A stretch of DNA of 63,818 nucleotides, the filler included, from Octopus bimaculoides (taxonomy: Eukaryota): NCBI RefSeq assembly GCF_001194135.2. It is 3 parts of 3 records of this genome, joined end to end, with 100 filler letters (N's around TTAATTAATTAA, not from the genome) between each part and the next. Parts side by side here need not be neighbours in the genome. Positions count along the whole stretch, not along the records: positions 1 to 15,443 come from NC_068981.1; 2 more parts are not named here. One strand, given 5' to 3'. Of the stretch, positions 1 through 13,328 are shown piece after piece (the stretch's first letter is position 1; every line of letters starts with the position of its first letter). The notes under the pieces are model-generated. The model had not been told where the DNA came from, searched no databases, and worked only from the letters and a program-made list of their open reading frames with translations. The position numbers and the translations under genes are program-made.

Positions 1-117
1 TGGCATAAGTGACTAACAGAAACAAGTACGACACTATACAAAAGAAATAGATGCCTTGGTCGATACTTTCGACTGAAATTCTCTAAGACGATGCCCCAAC
101 ATGGCCGCAGTCTAATT
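1..117 (+). mobile_element. SINE family A, 3' part
   Basis: aagacgatgccccaacatggccgcagtc matches the family A terminal motif (aaggc..tgctccagcatggcc.cagtc) also seen at 4535, 40680, 46070 and 46865. Confidence 0.65.
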
Positions 118-155
<38 letters not shown>

Positions 156-180
156 AGTATGTGTATGTATGTGTGTGTGT
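118..180. repeat. (TG)n microsatellite
   Basis: Direct inspection. Confidence 0.95.
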
Positions 181-872
181 AAGTTTACTTGTATGTTTTT
201 GCGCCAGTGCTTGTATTTTGGAATGTATTGTAATGTTTCGAAAACGCCGAAAACAGAAAAATGTAGAAGCACCAACTATGAAATGGAATTATTTAGTGTG
301 GCGGATATATTGAGCTAAAAAGTAATTATGATGGCGCCCAAAAATGTCTACATGCTGCCCTATTCAGTCAGTAAATTTATGTATCGCTAAGAATCAAATT
401 ATTATATTTTGAGTATACTTCATAAAGAGATAAGAATTTTTTATGATATACATTAGTTTTTAATCATACATCATATAGAAATGTTATTTGTATGAAACAT
501 GTTTTATCAGAAAAAATATCTGTTATTAACTAAGAGATTAAGGAGAAATAATACGTATCATAAATACTTGATGAGCATAATGCATTTTCATTCAATATTC
601 TTATTTCCTATGTATTTATGATATCTAAATATTTAATGAAGTTTTAATAGTCGTGAATTATATGAAAAAATGCTAATACGAAAATTTTATCTCGAATTAT
701 TATGAATAAATGTTTTGTACAATATTTTCACATTTTAGAAAATATTTAATTACTTGATTACTTAGAATTTTATATATTGTGAAGTTAAATATATTAAGCT
801 TTGTAGACCAAATATTTTAGAGTCATTTTACAGCCTAGAAATCCATAAAATATATTCTGAACTAAACGATCC

Positions 873-1179
873 TCACACACACTCACGCACGCACGTACTC
901 ACAGATACACACACACATAGATACACACGCACACTGATACACACGCACATAGATACACGTACACACAGATACACACACACATAGATACACACACACATAG
1001 ATACACACACACATATATACACACACGCGTCCGCATATATATGTATATATGAATACATGAATAAGCAAAAGTACGTGTATGAATATATGTGTGCCTGTAT
1101 ATACACGCGCGCATTCTCCACATAGACTCCTATACACATGCATCCATTCATCGACCCATCTATCCATATGTATGTATAT
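873..1179. repeat. Degenerate (CA)/(TA) low-complexity tract with recurring atagatacacacac units
   Basis: Direct inspection; abuts N gap 1180-1725. Confidence 0.85.
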
Positions 1180-1830
1180 NNNNNNNNNNNNNNNNNNNNN
1201 NNNNNNNNNNNNNNNNNNNNNNNNNNNNNNNNNNNNNNNNNNNNNNNNNNNNNNNNNNNNNNNNNNNNNNNNNNNNNNNNNNNNNNNNNNNNNNNNNNNN
1301 NNNNNNNNNNNNNNNNNNNNNNNNNNNNNNNNNNNNNNNNNNNNNNNNNNNNNNNNNNNNNNNNNNNNNNNNNNNNNNNNNNNNNNNNNNNNNNNNNNNN
1401 NNNNNNNNNNNNNNNNNNNNNNNNNNNNNNNNNNNNNNNNNNNNNNNNNNNNNNNNNNNNNNNNNNNNNNNNNNNNNNNNNNNNNNNNNNNNNNNNNNNN
1501 NNNNNNNNNNNNNNNNNNNNNNNNNNNNNNNNNNNNNNNNNNNNNNNNNNNNNNNNNNNNNNNNNNNNNNNNNNNNNNNNNNNNNNNNNNNNNNNNNNNN
1601 NNNNNNNNNNNNNNNNNNNNNNNNNNNNNNNNNNNNNNNNNNNNNNNNNNNNNNNNNNNNNNNNNNNNNNNNNNNNNNNNNNNNNNNNNNNNNNNNNNNN
1701 NNNNNNNNNNNNNNNNNNNNNNNNNTCCGGTTTTTTGTTCTATGTGTGCCATAAATATCGCCATCCACTTTAGAGAAAATTTGTAGTTTGGAATCAGTAG
1801 TTCTTTGACTGCTATTTCTAAAATTTTCAG

Positions 1831-1897
<67 letters not shown>

Positions 1898-1964
1898 AAT
1901 ATAAAGTAAACAACGTTTCGAAAATTCGAATTCATCACAATTATAGTTCAACAATGCGGAAATG

Positions 1965-2951
1965 CTATTCACCAAAGTAAGTACAATTGCAATCAATACA
2001 CTTTTGCCAATGAGTTACAAATTTGTTTATTCCGCTAAACATAAACATCTGGATTTCTAGAGCTGATGAATTCTTCGAACGTACTTTCAGCATCGGTTTG
2101 ATTTTTAACTCCTTCTCTCGTAAGAAACCATGAAGGTACTTGAAAAAGTAGGTAGTCGGTAGGAGAAAGTCTAGGGAATAGAGTGGGTGCAAAGAACTTC
2201 TTATCCAAGTTCTCTCAACTACAGGAGTGCCATTAGTGAAAAGTGTGGTATAGCATTATCATGAAGAATGATTGGCCCTCTTCTGTTAACCAGACTGGGA
2301 CGGAAGAGTAGCAGTTTTTCGTTCATTTTAGCAATTTCAAGGCAATATGTTTCTGCAGTAATGGTCTCTCTGAGTTTTAAGAAGTAATAAAGGATGCATC
2401 CAGCAGTACACCACCAAACAGTCACCATAACCTTCTTTTCGGTACTTCGTTTTGGTCCAACCACTACGAAGAACGCTTTTTTTATGATTATTGTAAATAA
2501 ATTACTTTTTATCGAGAAATGGATCGGTCTCGTTACGGAGAAGAAGCGACGAGCAAATTACATATCTGCGTTTTGTTTGAACTCTATTAGAATCGTGTGG
2601 TACCCATTTGTTGACCTTACTTTATTTTCCGATCGCATGCAGATGGTTGCAGGCAGTTTTCCTGCTAACTTGAAGTTTTTTGTCAGTTCTCGTGTGGTTT
2701 TACGTGGACCTGTTTGAAGGACAGTCTTTAATTGACTTTCATCGATCACAAATGGGCGTCCACTACGCTCACGATCTTGAAGGCTCAGGTCTTCACTGCG
2801 AAATCGTTTAAATCATTTTCGAGGAGACCACTCACTGGTCATTTTCCCACCAAGAGTTTCGTTGATATCGCGAGCAGCTTCAGCTCTTTCATGTCCTTTT
2901 TTAAAATTGAATAGCAAAATTGCTGGTATATTGCGCTTTGAGAGTTTCCAT
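1965..2951 (-). mobile_element. Degraded mariner transposase, Hsmar1/cecropia-like (D,D34D), near full length
   Basis: Collinear fragments: ...LSLQDRERSGRPFVIDESQLK, DPFLD, KKVMVTVWWCTAG..ETITAETYC, VNRRGPIILHDNAIPH, GINKFVTHWQKCIDCNCTYF*. These match the known Hsmar1/SETMAR transposase order. Stops and frameshifts; the first catalytic D region is deleted. Confidence 0.9.
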
Positions 2952-3417
2952 TTCAGTCGATTGTGACAGCATAAAAAATATCTGTTAATTTATTGATGCA
3001 TTTGGGTAAGTCTGTCTGTAATATCAGTCAATTGTAAAAGAATGTTAAGAAAATTCAAAACGCTGCAAAAATCCGGTACAGATTCTGCATGATTCAAAAT
3101 GTTACTCACGTTTTACTCAACCTGATATATATATATAAATATATATATATACATGTATACATGTGTGTGTGCGTGCGTGCGTGTGTGTATGTTTGATTCC
3201 AATATGTCCACACTGAAGATAGAAGCAAGGTTTACGGTAATTATGCATGCTTCCACTATAAGTTGTACATTTTTCACCTTTTGCGCACAACAGCTACCAC
3301 CATTATAACAATTATGTAATTCCGAGTCCATAGAAACAGTTCTCAGCCCTGAAATGCCATGCCCTCTAGCCTTACTTTTTTGCATCTTTTGTACTCCTTG
3401 TAAATCTGTTCTGTAAA

Positions 3418-3663
3418 CATGCAAGTTGGTCCAAATGTAGGTTTATAGTTACTCAGCCATCACTTTCGCATTAATATATTAACAATGTAGATCTTAATTA
3501 TAAAAAAAAAAAAATATGAAGCCATTATACTATGCTAATTTAGTCAATTTTCTCAAGCTCAATTTTCAGTTTGTAAGATAGAAATTGAAATGTAATAAAA
3601 TGTTTAAAAAAAAATTTAAAGTGCCTACGTTATAACTGCAACCTACTTTTGGGTCACCCTGTA
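3418..3663. mobile_element. Tc1/mariner-type MITE (degraded)
   Basis: Right TIR taactgcaacctacttttgggtcaccctgta (3633-3663); left tgcaagttggtccaaatgtaggtt matches its reverse complement at 18/24 positions; TA follows the right end. Confidence 0.5.
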
Positions 3664-4159
3664 TAAATATCTATTTGTCTATATATCAATGTTCATCTTC
3701 TGAATATTATATATATATTATACGGGGATCCCGTTCACATAAAAAAATAGTATAATATTTCCATCTGATGTAGGTCGCCAACACATTAGCTTGGCAGTTG
3801 AGATAAAGAAGGTGCGAAGTAGGGAACGTGCTAAATATCAAAAGGTGCAAAAGTACTATCGAAGGACTAGGTTCTTGTAAAAAGGAAACAGACGTAAAGA
3901 ATTAATAATTCTTTCCCGTGGTAACCTCTTCAAAATCTGGGTGTAATAAGAATGAGCTGAAGAAGAGCGACCATGAAGAACGGAGGCGCTGAATCTAGAT
4001 GGTTCTCATTTAAGAAAAAGTTACTGAAGGTAGGTAGTAGAGGCGATATCTGAAAACACATTCAAAACAGCGCTCCCACATAAAGATGTATGTTGTACCA
4101 CGCAATAAAATAATGACAGCATTTGCAGGTACATCAGCAGTAGGTATATATAGAATTAA

Positions 4160-4169
<10 letters not shown>

Positions 4170-4202
<33 letters not shown>

Positions 4203-4345
4203 NNNNNNNNNNNNNNNNNNNNNNNNNNNNNNNNNNNNNNNNNNNNNNNNNNNNNNNNNNNNNNNNNNNNNNNNNNNNNNNNNNNNNNNNNNNNNNNNNN
4301 NNTCTATCTATCTATCTATCTTTCTATCTATCTATCTATCTATCA
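4170..4345. repeat. (ATCT)n tetranucleotide repeat spanning an N gap
   Basis: Direct inspection. Confidence 0.9.
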
Positions 4346-4469
4346 GCATGTGAGTGTTAATGTGTGTAACTGTGTGTATGCTTGTGTGTGTAGGTGTGTG
4401 TCTTGGTGTGTATATATGTCTGTATGTGTGTATATGAGAGCCTTTTTGTCTATAATATAAACTCTTGAA

Positions 4470-4585
4470 AAGCAGATATAGATAAAACAAACTGCCAGCT
4501 GAAATTAAGCATTTGGATGTATATGAGAGAATCAAGGCAGTGCTCCAGCATGACCACAGCCTATTGGCTGAAATCAGTAAACCAA
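4470..4585 (+). mobile_element. SINE family A, 3' part
   Basis: aaggcagtgctccagcatgaccacagcctattggctgaaatcagtaaa. Confidence 0.6.
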
Positions 4586-5974
4586 TGTAGTATTTTTTTT
4601 CTTACTTTCTATTTTTCAGTTGCATATCTTTAAAATCTCTTTTCCTTTAATTCTTTTTTCAGACTCAAAGATTCTATTTATTATTAAAATAAAATATGTA
4701 ACATGAAGAAATTATTTGACAAGTTCTATTATTCATATAATCTTTCACATTCGTTGCCGGAACGAATTAAATTTTTTACTGGAATTAGTTGCTATGACAA
4801 CTTCGAAAATTATTCTGATTTTCCGTTAATTAGATTCACTTTAATACAATAAATCATTTGCTTATTTCAATTGCTGACTGAATATTTGAGAGATAGTAAT
4901 GTACAATGTTTTGTTTACTATCTATTTCTACTTATTCGCATTTTCGTCTTCATAGTAAAAGCCAGTGTTATAAAACATGTTTTCAGAAACATTGTCTCCT
5001 GTTCCATATAAACGTTCTCTTTACTAACATGAAGGAAATATGATTCGTTCAACATTACTTATTAATTATTTGTATCAGATTTTATCTTAAACATAGAAAA
5101 TGCAAAGATTGCAATTGCCTGCAGTGTTTATGCGTCAACCCTCTTCCAATACTGCGAATATATATTATCAAATGTTTTATTTAGAGAACACATTAGAAGA
5201 AAAACAGTTTCACTTCATTTATGATCCCTAATCCAAACCCATTTTCTCTACATTGACCTATATCTATAAATGTGAGCATAATATTTGCAAGCATCTGAAT
5301 AGCACCAAAATATATTTCAAAAAGCTAATGTACAAAACGTACTGCACAATTGTTCCCTATTACAAGTAACCGTGATGCAACAAGTAGTATGAGATACTGC
5401 AGAAGAAAATATATTTTTAGATGACAATACAGGTGTAAACATAAAAATTAATTAATTACTCTGTATAATTAAATATATATATCGTTTTTTTTTTAATACA
5501 TATTCACTTCTTTGGGTATTAAAAAGAGAAGGTTCAGCTAGATTAGTTTCACCTTTTACTGATTGGTTTTCGCCCTGGTAACTGATACAACATTGCTATA
5601 ATTATTAAAAGCTTCAGAAATCTTTTATACATATGTTGCACGAATAACGCATACTCGGCAGTTCGATTAACAAACCACGACTCGGTAGTGTCCGTATGTT
5701 ATACAGCCGTACAGGCTAAGTTTAATTTATTAAAATCTAATTAAACTTAATTAATTACAGTCTAATGAAGTTTCATTAAATTACAAAGGCATGAAGCCTT
5801 GGCTTAAATCCTATTGGTTAAATACACAGCGCATCACAATCTAATAAAAAAAATACAATTACCGCGTCAGAAATCAATCAATGCCAGTCAATGGTCTGAG
5901 AGATATTCATTCATCAACATGATAGAAGTATTTATTCATGAACTGGCTGTGGCTAATAATATATATTCACATCA

Positions 5975-6160
5975 AGGCTGCGAACTGGCAGAATTATGAG
6001 CATGCTGGGCAAAATCCTCAACGGCATTTCGCCTGGTTTTACGTTTTAAGTTCACATTCCACCGAGGTCAACTTTGTCTTTCATCCTTTCGGGGTCAGTG
6101 TAATCGGCTTACACCATCCCCCTCCAAATTTCTGTTCGTGTACCAAAATCTGAAACCAGT
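5975..6160 (+). mobile_element. SINE family B (tRNA-like head)
   Basis: aaggctgcgaactggcagaa...agttcacattccaccgaggtcaactttgtctttcatcctttcggggtc; shared with the 62627 copy. Confidence 0.8.
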
Positions 6161-6504
6161 ATGCATTCACATCATTTATACATTGCAGAAAGCTCTTCAC
6201 ACAAATAGGTCATCATGATTCTCTGCTTACATAGCATTCTACGTATTCTTAAGCTAAATTTCAATCGCCTTAATATAACCAGTTTAAAATGCTTACAATA
6301 TTTATGAGTATTGTTACGTTCCTTCTCCGAATATCCTTTGAAATCGATGCGCATTCATATTTTATTCTTTGTGGCAATTTAAGATATATATTAATTGTAA
6401 TAGGAAACACATTAATAAAAACATATTAACAGAAACAATATATAGGGTCCTAAGAGACGTAAAATTCATATGACAAAACTACACATTTGAAATTTGCAGG
6501 AGGC

Positions 6505-6738
6505 ATAGGGTATAATATATTTGTCTAATCTAGGCACAAGGCCCGAAATTTTGTGGGAGGGGGCCATTCGATTAGGTGGACATCAGTACGCAACTGGTAC
6601 ATAATTTATCGACCCTGAAAGGGATGAAATGCAAAGACGACCTCGGTGGAATTTGAACTCAGAACGTAAAGACAGACGAGATACCGTTAAGCATTTCACC
6701 CGGCAGGCTGACGTTTTTTGCCACCTCGCCGCCCTCCC
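6505..6738 (-). mobile_element. SINE family B, near full length
   Basis: Reverse complement of head (ggcggcgaggtggcaaaaaacgtcagc), B-box-like gagttcaaattcc, and body (tttcatccctttcagggtcgataaattatgtaccag). Confidence 0.85.
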
Positions 6739-6744
6739 ATAAAG

Positions 6745-6890
6745 GAATATTCTTTTCTACTCTAAGCACAAAGCCCGAATTTTTGTGGGGAGGGAGGCAG
6801 TCGATTAGATCGACCCCAGTACGCAACTGGTACTTAATTTATCATTCCCGAAATGATGAAAGGCAAAGTCGACCTCGTCGAAATTTGCAT
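6745..6890 (-). mobile_element. SINE family B, 5'-truncated, tandem to the previous copy
   Basis: gatcgaccccagtacgcaactggtacttaatttatc...gaaaggcaaagtcgacctcg. Confidence 0.8.
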
Positions 6891-7123
6891 ATAAAGGAGT
6901 ATTGATATTTGAATTTAATATATAAATCTAATTTGCTTATATGGATATTAAATAGATAAAACGAAATCGCTAAATACCCATTCACACTCACACAGACACA
7001 CACACAGACACATACATACGCATACACATACATATATATATAATACGGATTCACATGCGTAAAGTACATACATACTCTCACATATTTATGAACATACATA
7101 GTACATAGATGTATGTTAAATAG

Positions 7124-7313
7124 ATGCACTATAATACAAAAAATGGACGATATACCTGTTGTAAATTAGTTATCCATAGTCCGATGATATTTCGGAATAG
7201 CAGCGACTCCATCTAAGAGTATCTGAAGAAGGAATTGTATTCCGAAATATCATCGGACTATGGGTAACTAAATTACAAAAGGTATGTAGTGTATTTTTTG
7301 TATTATAGTGCAT
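7124..7313. repeat. 190-bp palindrome (76-bp arms, 69/76 match, 38-bp spacer) with hammerhead-like cores
   Basis: Arms 7124-7199 and 7238-7313 aligned by hand; ctgaaga-a-ggaat-tgt-attcc-gaaa-tatc at 7223-7251. Confidence 0.85.
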
Positions 7314-7559
7314 TGTTGTACCATTCAAAACTTTTTACTCTTTACAAACAATACACAATGATTCAAGTGAACTACAGTACTCTCATATATACGTATATAT
7401 GTTTGTATACACGTATATTTGTACCTATGCTGGTGAGCTCTATCAATTATTTGTCATTCGAAGAATTGGTCGTTTTAAATTTGCTTCTCGTATATCTAAC
7501 ATCAATTGAGTAATGTAAGCGTAAATATATTTATATTTAATAATCCATCCAACCATTTT

Positions 7560-7900
7560 TTCTACCCATTGTTCCTGTGAGGTTTGTAGGTGTAGATTCC
7601 CGCAGCTTCACCTCCATGGATCCCACCAGAAGCAACCACCACTACAATGTCGGCTGGATTCTCAAGTGTCATCAACTGAAATTACATATGTCATCTTGTC
7701 ATCTGATTCTTCGTCTACCACAAGATCTCCTGCTGATTTGCTCAGCTTTAATACGCCTTCATGCTGATTTTTCTTTTCTTGCGACAGTCAATGTTCTAAC
7801 TATCATGTAGTTTGCGTGAAGCATTCCATAGATGCATTAAAGATAAAAATGGTCCGGGTATGAGTCGTAATCTCCTCCGTTGGATGTTCGCTGCAAAAAC
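7560..7900 (-). mobile_element. Probable RTE-clade LINE 3' remnant
   Basis: Minus-strand translation gives NIQRRRLR... and ISRRSCGRRRIR*QDDI, resembling the RTE C-terminal GKRxRGRPRxRWxDDI motif; heavily degraded. Confidence 0.4.
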
Positions 7901-8529
7901 ATCTAGATAATATTTAACACTGATTGCAATTAGAAATTTAAAATACCGTATTTAAGAAAAAGGAAATGTGCTCAAATATATACCGCCATATTTCTAGAAA
8001 AGTGTTGGAAATATCGATAAATTCTTTTGACAGCAAATGTATCTCTTACGTCATTTCTTATTTCACATTGCCTTATATAGAAATGTGACTATATTCCTCT
8101 TAATATTACGTGCGAGATGTAAATTTGTCTGTGAAGTTCATGAAGTTTACTTTCGTTTAAACAAAAGATAATTGATAAAATACATTCTGATAATGTATAA
8201 TTAAGACAAAGAATGAACTTCGGCCTTTGAAATAAATTTGCATCATCTAAATAAAGCTGAAACATTCATATTTGAAAATACGTAAAATATTTAACATATA
8301 GAATATATTACTGTGCGACATTGAACATAATAGCAAATATACCACTATTAACCCAAGATAAATAAATACGAAACCTTATAGTTTGAAATTGAATTCCACT
8401 ATAAATATGGCAATAATATTGAAAATGAAAGATATTGAAGTTGAATTAATAATAGTAACTAAAACAATCACGAGAAAACATCATAAACGGCAATACTTCG
8501 ACCGCCAATAATAATGTTCATGATGTTTA

Positions 8530-8712
8530 ATTTAAGTCAAAGGCTAGCCATTTTGTTGGCAGATGGTTAGTCGATACCTCAACACCGTATAAATAAGCTA
8601 TACTCTATTTTATCAACTCCGCAGGGAAGAAAGACGAAGGTGCCGTGAGCGTCATTAGATCTCAAAGAATTGCCGAGAATTTTTGTTCGGCGCCCTATCA
8701 ACTTCTACCTAC

Positions 8713-8760
<48 letters not shown>

Positions 8761-8990
8761 AGTAATTGTTTAAAATTTTGGCACAAGGCCAGCAAGTTTG
8801 GGAACGGGATAAGTCGATTATATTGACCTCACCATTCAATTCGTACATATTTTATAGACCCAGAAAGGTTGTGAGGCAAAGTCGACCTCGGTGGCATTTA
8901 ATTCATAACGTAACGACAGACAAAATGCTGCAATGAATTTTGCCTGGCGCACTAATTCTTCTAAGCGGGATTGGAACAAAAGTTGAAAGA
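8530..8990 (-). mobile_element. Two degraded SINE family B copies separated by (AAT)n at about 8712-8757
   Basis: aggcaaagtcgacctcggtggcatttaattcataacgta (about 8875-8915) plus a more degraded upstream copy. Confidence 0.65.
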
Positions 8991-10269
8991 ATAATGTAAA
9001 AAAAAATTTTCCAACACTCAAACAATTCTGTTTCGTATCAACCTAATTACAATAATTATTCAGTTTATGTTCTCGGAACGCTATCTTATGATCTTTACTG
9101 CCACATATGCAGCAACTATGCCTTTTTACGAATCGTCGGTTTAATTTATCTTTTCACCCTTTCAGTGATACAATGTATCTTCTAGATAATTTGTTTTCTT
9201 TTCTTTTCAGTTTGTTCATAGGGAAGTTCATGTAATACCCGATCGATTAACTGTTCCTGGAATCAGGCTCTGACGTCATTACAAGTCAGCAATATTTCCT
9301 AATAGTGAACACATCCTATATCAGTTTGTATCTCTGACAATATCTCTAACCGAGAATGCAGTATTACTGAAACTCATGCAATTATTTGCTCTCCTGTTGC
9401 CCATACATGGTGCGTCTTTACTGCACGTCTCCCGAAAATCTTAGATCAGTCATCTACCTCACCGATTTATAGCTCCAAGGATAATCAGCGCGTAATCAAG
9501 TGGCATCGTCTTCTTTTCGTTGTTACCAGTAATTTTTGCCAGCAGCTATCTCCTTCCAGGAGTGGGCATTAGCATATTGTACATTAGCAATGAAGAGGAG
9601 TAAGGATTGACAAAAAAGCAGAAGCCACGCTTCCAGTAATTTACAAAGATAAAAACTGAATGATATCAACCATAGAAGTAGAGTTTCAATCTTAAACAAT
9701 TAACAGAATTGAAAGAGCTGGTAATTTAACAGGGAGTGATGTGGGGCACAAAGGAACAACACCAAAACCTCTGTCTTTTTAAACTGGGATGCTTGAAGAA
9801 AATCGCCTTGTCATACATCAGAAAGAATGGTGATGGTATGGAACGGGTTACACCGCAATAAAAATGTCTACTTTAAAATCTGCCATAATTTTTATATTTC
9901 GAAATCCATTCACAGTAATGAGACTGCCTAACACCATCTTTTCTGTATCTCTTCTATGCAGAAAGATCTCCAGCAGTATTTAGTACAATCCATATAGAAA
10001 CTGGATCTTCTCTCGTGAGTCATATATGCTGGAACGAAAATGAGGCAATTTATATTTGAAAATTGAAGCGTATTTTTGCGAAAGCTTTTCATTATTCTAT
10101 TCATGTAATATACTATACTGAAGCGGATAATAAAGAGCCTGATATTGTGCTAAATGCACTGTTTTCAGTGTTTACTTCTCAACGTCAGTTTAAAGTAGGG
10201 AAAATTAATGTCGAGTGAACTGTATATACAAAGTATTTAAAAAGTAAACATAGATTAGCAAAACTTAAA

Positions 10270-11110
10270 GCTAAAATTCTAAAACTGTGAAGTCGATACA
10301 AGCATCCTGAAGATGTGGAAGGTCGCAGTCGATGTTCCCCAATTGTGAACAGTCATTTGAAGGTGATTTTAGATGCAAAACTAGGCAAAACGACAAAAGA
10401 GGCTACACACGAAGTAATGTAAACATTCGACAGTTGTTTGACGTTTGTATCACATTGAATTATTATGAAAGCTGGACAAACAGCTGCTGGTTTAGGAGCT
10501 AAAGCTAAACGAATAAATTCACTGTTTGCGTGTCTGCATGCAACGAAGGTCATCCATTTGTTGATCGTACTGTGATATGTGACGAAAAACATATTACATA
10601 GCACAAAAGACAACGTTCTTTGTTGTGGCTGAAACAAAAAAAAAAATCCAAAACGCAAAATTTATGTTTTTAAACTGAAGTTTTATGGCTATTGTCTTGC
10701 GGTCGGCAAGTAAAACTAATCACTAACAATTCTTGATTTTTGGCGAAACACCACAGCAAAGGTATATTGCCAGAATATATGGTTATATGCATTAAGATGT
10801 GCAAAGTTTATGACCGCATTTGTTCAAATATCTCTAAAGTTAATTGCAGAGACAAATAAGACTAGAATACGAAGCTATAACTTATTCGGTTTGCTTTCAA
10901 CCCTCTCTCGAAAACTCTACGACGTTTTGGAACAGCAGCTCAATAGCTTCCTGCTAAAATAAATATTTCGGAAGAAAACTGATTAAAATCAGCTTCAAAA
11001 ATTTCATTGTCTTCGGGATCTTATACATTGCGAATAGAGTTTCTTGCTGATGTATCTGTATAGACACTGATGGATAATGCGTCAACAGAAATAATCTTGT
11101 GAGCTATAAG
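10270..11110 (+). mobile_element. Second degraded Hsmar1-like mariner transposase
   Basis: LEDVEGRSR..VNSHLKVILDA, EGHPFVDRTVICDEK (first catalytic D motif), GET-TAKVYCQ; many stops and frameshifts. Confidence 0.75.
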
Positions 11111-13228
11111 TTGCTGTAATAAATGATGTTTTACACCTGCAGTCACACACACAAACATACGCTTGTATATGAATCAACCTGATAATCCTATTCTGTCTTC
11201 ATGTTGAGGTTCTCAATGCATATCAAAGCCTAGGCAGCGACAGAGTGATCGCTCGCTCACATGCTGTGCAATGGTGACAAAATCCAGGCAGCGATGTCGT
11301 GCCAATATTTCCGGCAAAACCTGTCGATTCGGACACCCTTACGTTGGGATACGCTCTTAGAGGTGGCATCTTATCTTATACACTAAGTTAATCACACTTT
11401 GTTTTCAAATTGCTACAAAAAATGTACACTTTATAACAATCAGGTTTACATATTTCGAGGCCAATAACTTCATTATCCGATCAAGTTCTCCAAATTTGGG
11501 TGGTATGCAAATAATGGTCTTTGCACTTACTTCGTACACTAAAAGACGGTTTCTGCCATTGGCAATTTCTTCTGCTCCTCGGGTTTTGAATGTATGGTGT
11601 AGAGTACGCGAAGATGGGGAAAAGCAGCAAAAACACTGCACAAGTGTGTATGCTTGTGCTATTTGCATCTACATTATTTGTGCTCTTTAGATAAATGTGT
11701 GTGTGTGAGGGAGTGTGAATGTGTGTATGTATGTGTGTGTGTGACTGAAACTTTCGTTCTCTACATTGTGGGTCGCTGATATCTAGTCGTTTTCAATTTT
11801 CATGCAGTTCTTGGAATACGTGCTATCATTAAACACGTTATTGTTGCTTATTTTGCTGTTGTAGTCGTTACTTTTTTCTATCTCAGGTGCAGACAAAGTA
11901 TTGCACATGTCCTCTCTCTCTCTCTCTCTCTCTCTTCATCATATGACAGAAGAGGTAACAAAGTGCCCCATCATGGCCACAGCTTTGCGCTGAATCTGAT
12001 GAAGAAAATGATGAAAGTCACGAGTGGTTCATGGTTTAAAATCCGTAGCATTCATTCACACGTTCAATTCCTCCATACAACACAACCATACATCCCACTT
12101 TCGAAGTAAATATAATTCATATCATTACCACATCTATAATTCATGTCAGTAAGTCAGGCCTCTGGCGATATTCCCGATGATGTAGACTGGCACGTAGATA
12201 AGAATTTTCCACTGAATAACCATCAGTTATCATGAGTGGTTAGAAGATATGGGTGTTCTCTCACTCAGTCACTTCGTTATTCAATCATAAATAAATTCTC
12301 AATGAATCAATAGTTGTTATAAGATTGAACAAAATATGTTTGAAGAAAAGATTGCTTACATAATTACTTATTTTAAACATCACCTATATATAGACTGAAT
12401 AAGAGAAAATATATTTGCGTGCTTCTCAAATCGCATTGAAATTAATAGAAAACCACTTATGTTTAAGAGGTACAAAAGATACGATATAGATTATTCGAAT
12501 CCCCTTACAGCATTTTAGCTTTTGTCACGCTACGTATGACATTCAAGTTTCGGTGTACAGATGTTAACGTTTATCTGCATCCGGAAAGGAAACAATGTAA
12601 TATAGTGTTCATGAACCAAATTTATCATACTTAATTTTGGCCTTCTGTCCGAATTATCACTCGTTTACCTACCTAAAATATTGATTCTTAATAAGTATAT
12701 CTTTTGTTTTGGGTGGCCACGATGAATTAAACTGATCACAGAATGTGAGTGGTATTTGTTTTATTTATCTGCCAAACAACACTGTCATGTTAATCAAACT
12801 CAGCGATATTTGAATTTGAGAACTTTATTTAATACAACAAAGAATCACAAAATTTATTGCGATGCGCCTTTGATTCTGTTTTCCAGGACTCATATTAAAA
12901 CACAGGGTTGATTTAATCGATTTTTTGTCTCTCTTTGAAATGTTTTTGATCTATGTTTGTCAGCTTAGGAGAAATCGTTAGAACATTACCCGCAATGCTT
13001 TGCATTAATTGCGCCGCCTCTTTCGTTCTGATTTTGAATGTTACCAAAGTCAAATATTCTCTACATCCTTCCCTCTGTGGTAAAATACACCGCCGGTTTA
13101 GCGTCCGAACCTATGACATCAGTTAACGCGCTCCCTTAAGAATTGCTGACCTTATGCCTATATCATAAGTGTTGTATTGATATCATCACCATCGTCGTCG
13201 TCGTAATCTTTGTTGGCGTCGTCGATAT

Positions 13229-13328
13229 CCTTCTTCTTCTTCTTCTTCTTCTTCTTCTTCTTCTTCTTCTTCTTCTTCTTCTTCTTCTTCTTCTTCTTCT
13301 TCTTCTTCTTCTTCTTCTTCTTCTTCTT
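13229..13328. repeat. (CTT)n microsatellite
   Basis: Direct inspection. Confidence 0.95.

Noticed and set aside
883-1996. Long ORFs (200-350 aa) in the track here and at about 39.1-41.3 kb, 45.7-46.8 kb, 59.5-60.7 kb and 61.2-61.9 kb
   Set aside because: They consist of N read-through and microsatellite translations (poly-HT, YI, CV, E, S, L); no coding signal.
3780-4090. Possible L2/CR1 LINE remnant (minus strand)
   Set aside because: Only vague similarity (SAHSYYTQI..LFPF); no diagnostic motif.
9200-9540. Unique, GC-richer stretch with a perfect CRE palindrome (tgacgtca, about 9271-9278)
   Set aside because: A single 8-mer is expected by chance at this window size; no linked gene or conservation data.
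11995-12025. ctgatga..gaaagtc, a hammerhead-like spacing
   Set aside because: No helix II or III pairing and no helix I partner.
12145-12215. Minus-strand frame WKILIYVPVYIIGNIARGLTY after an ag, reminiscent of a GPCR TM1
   Set aside because: Ends in a stop after 21 codons, with no donor site and no further TM exons.
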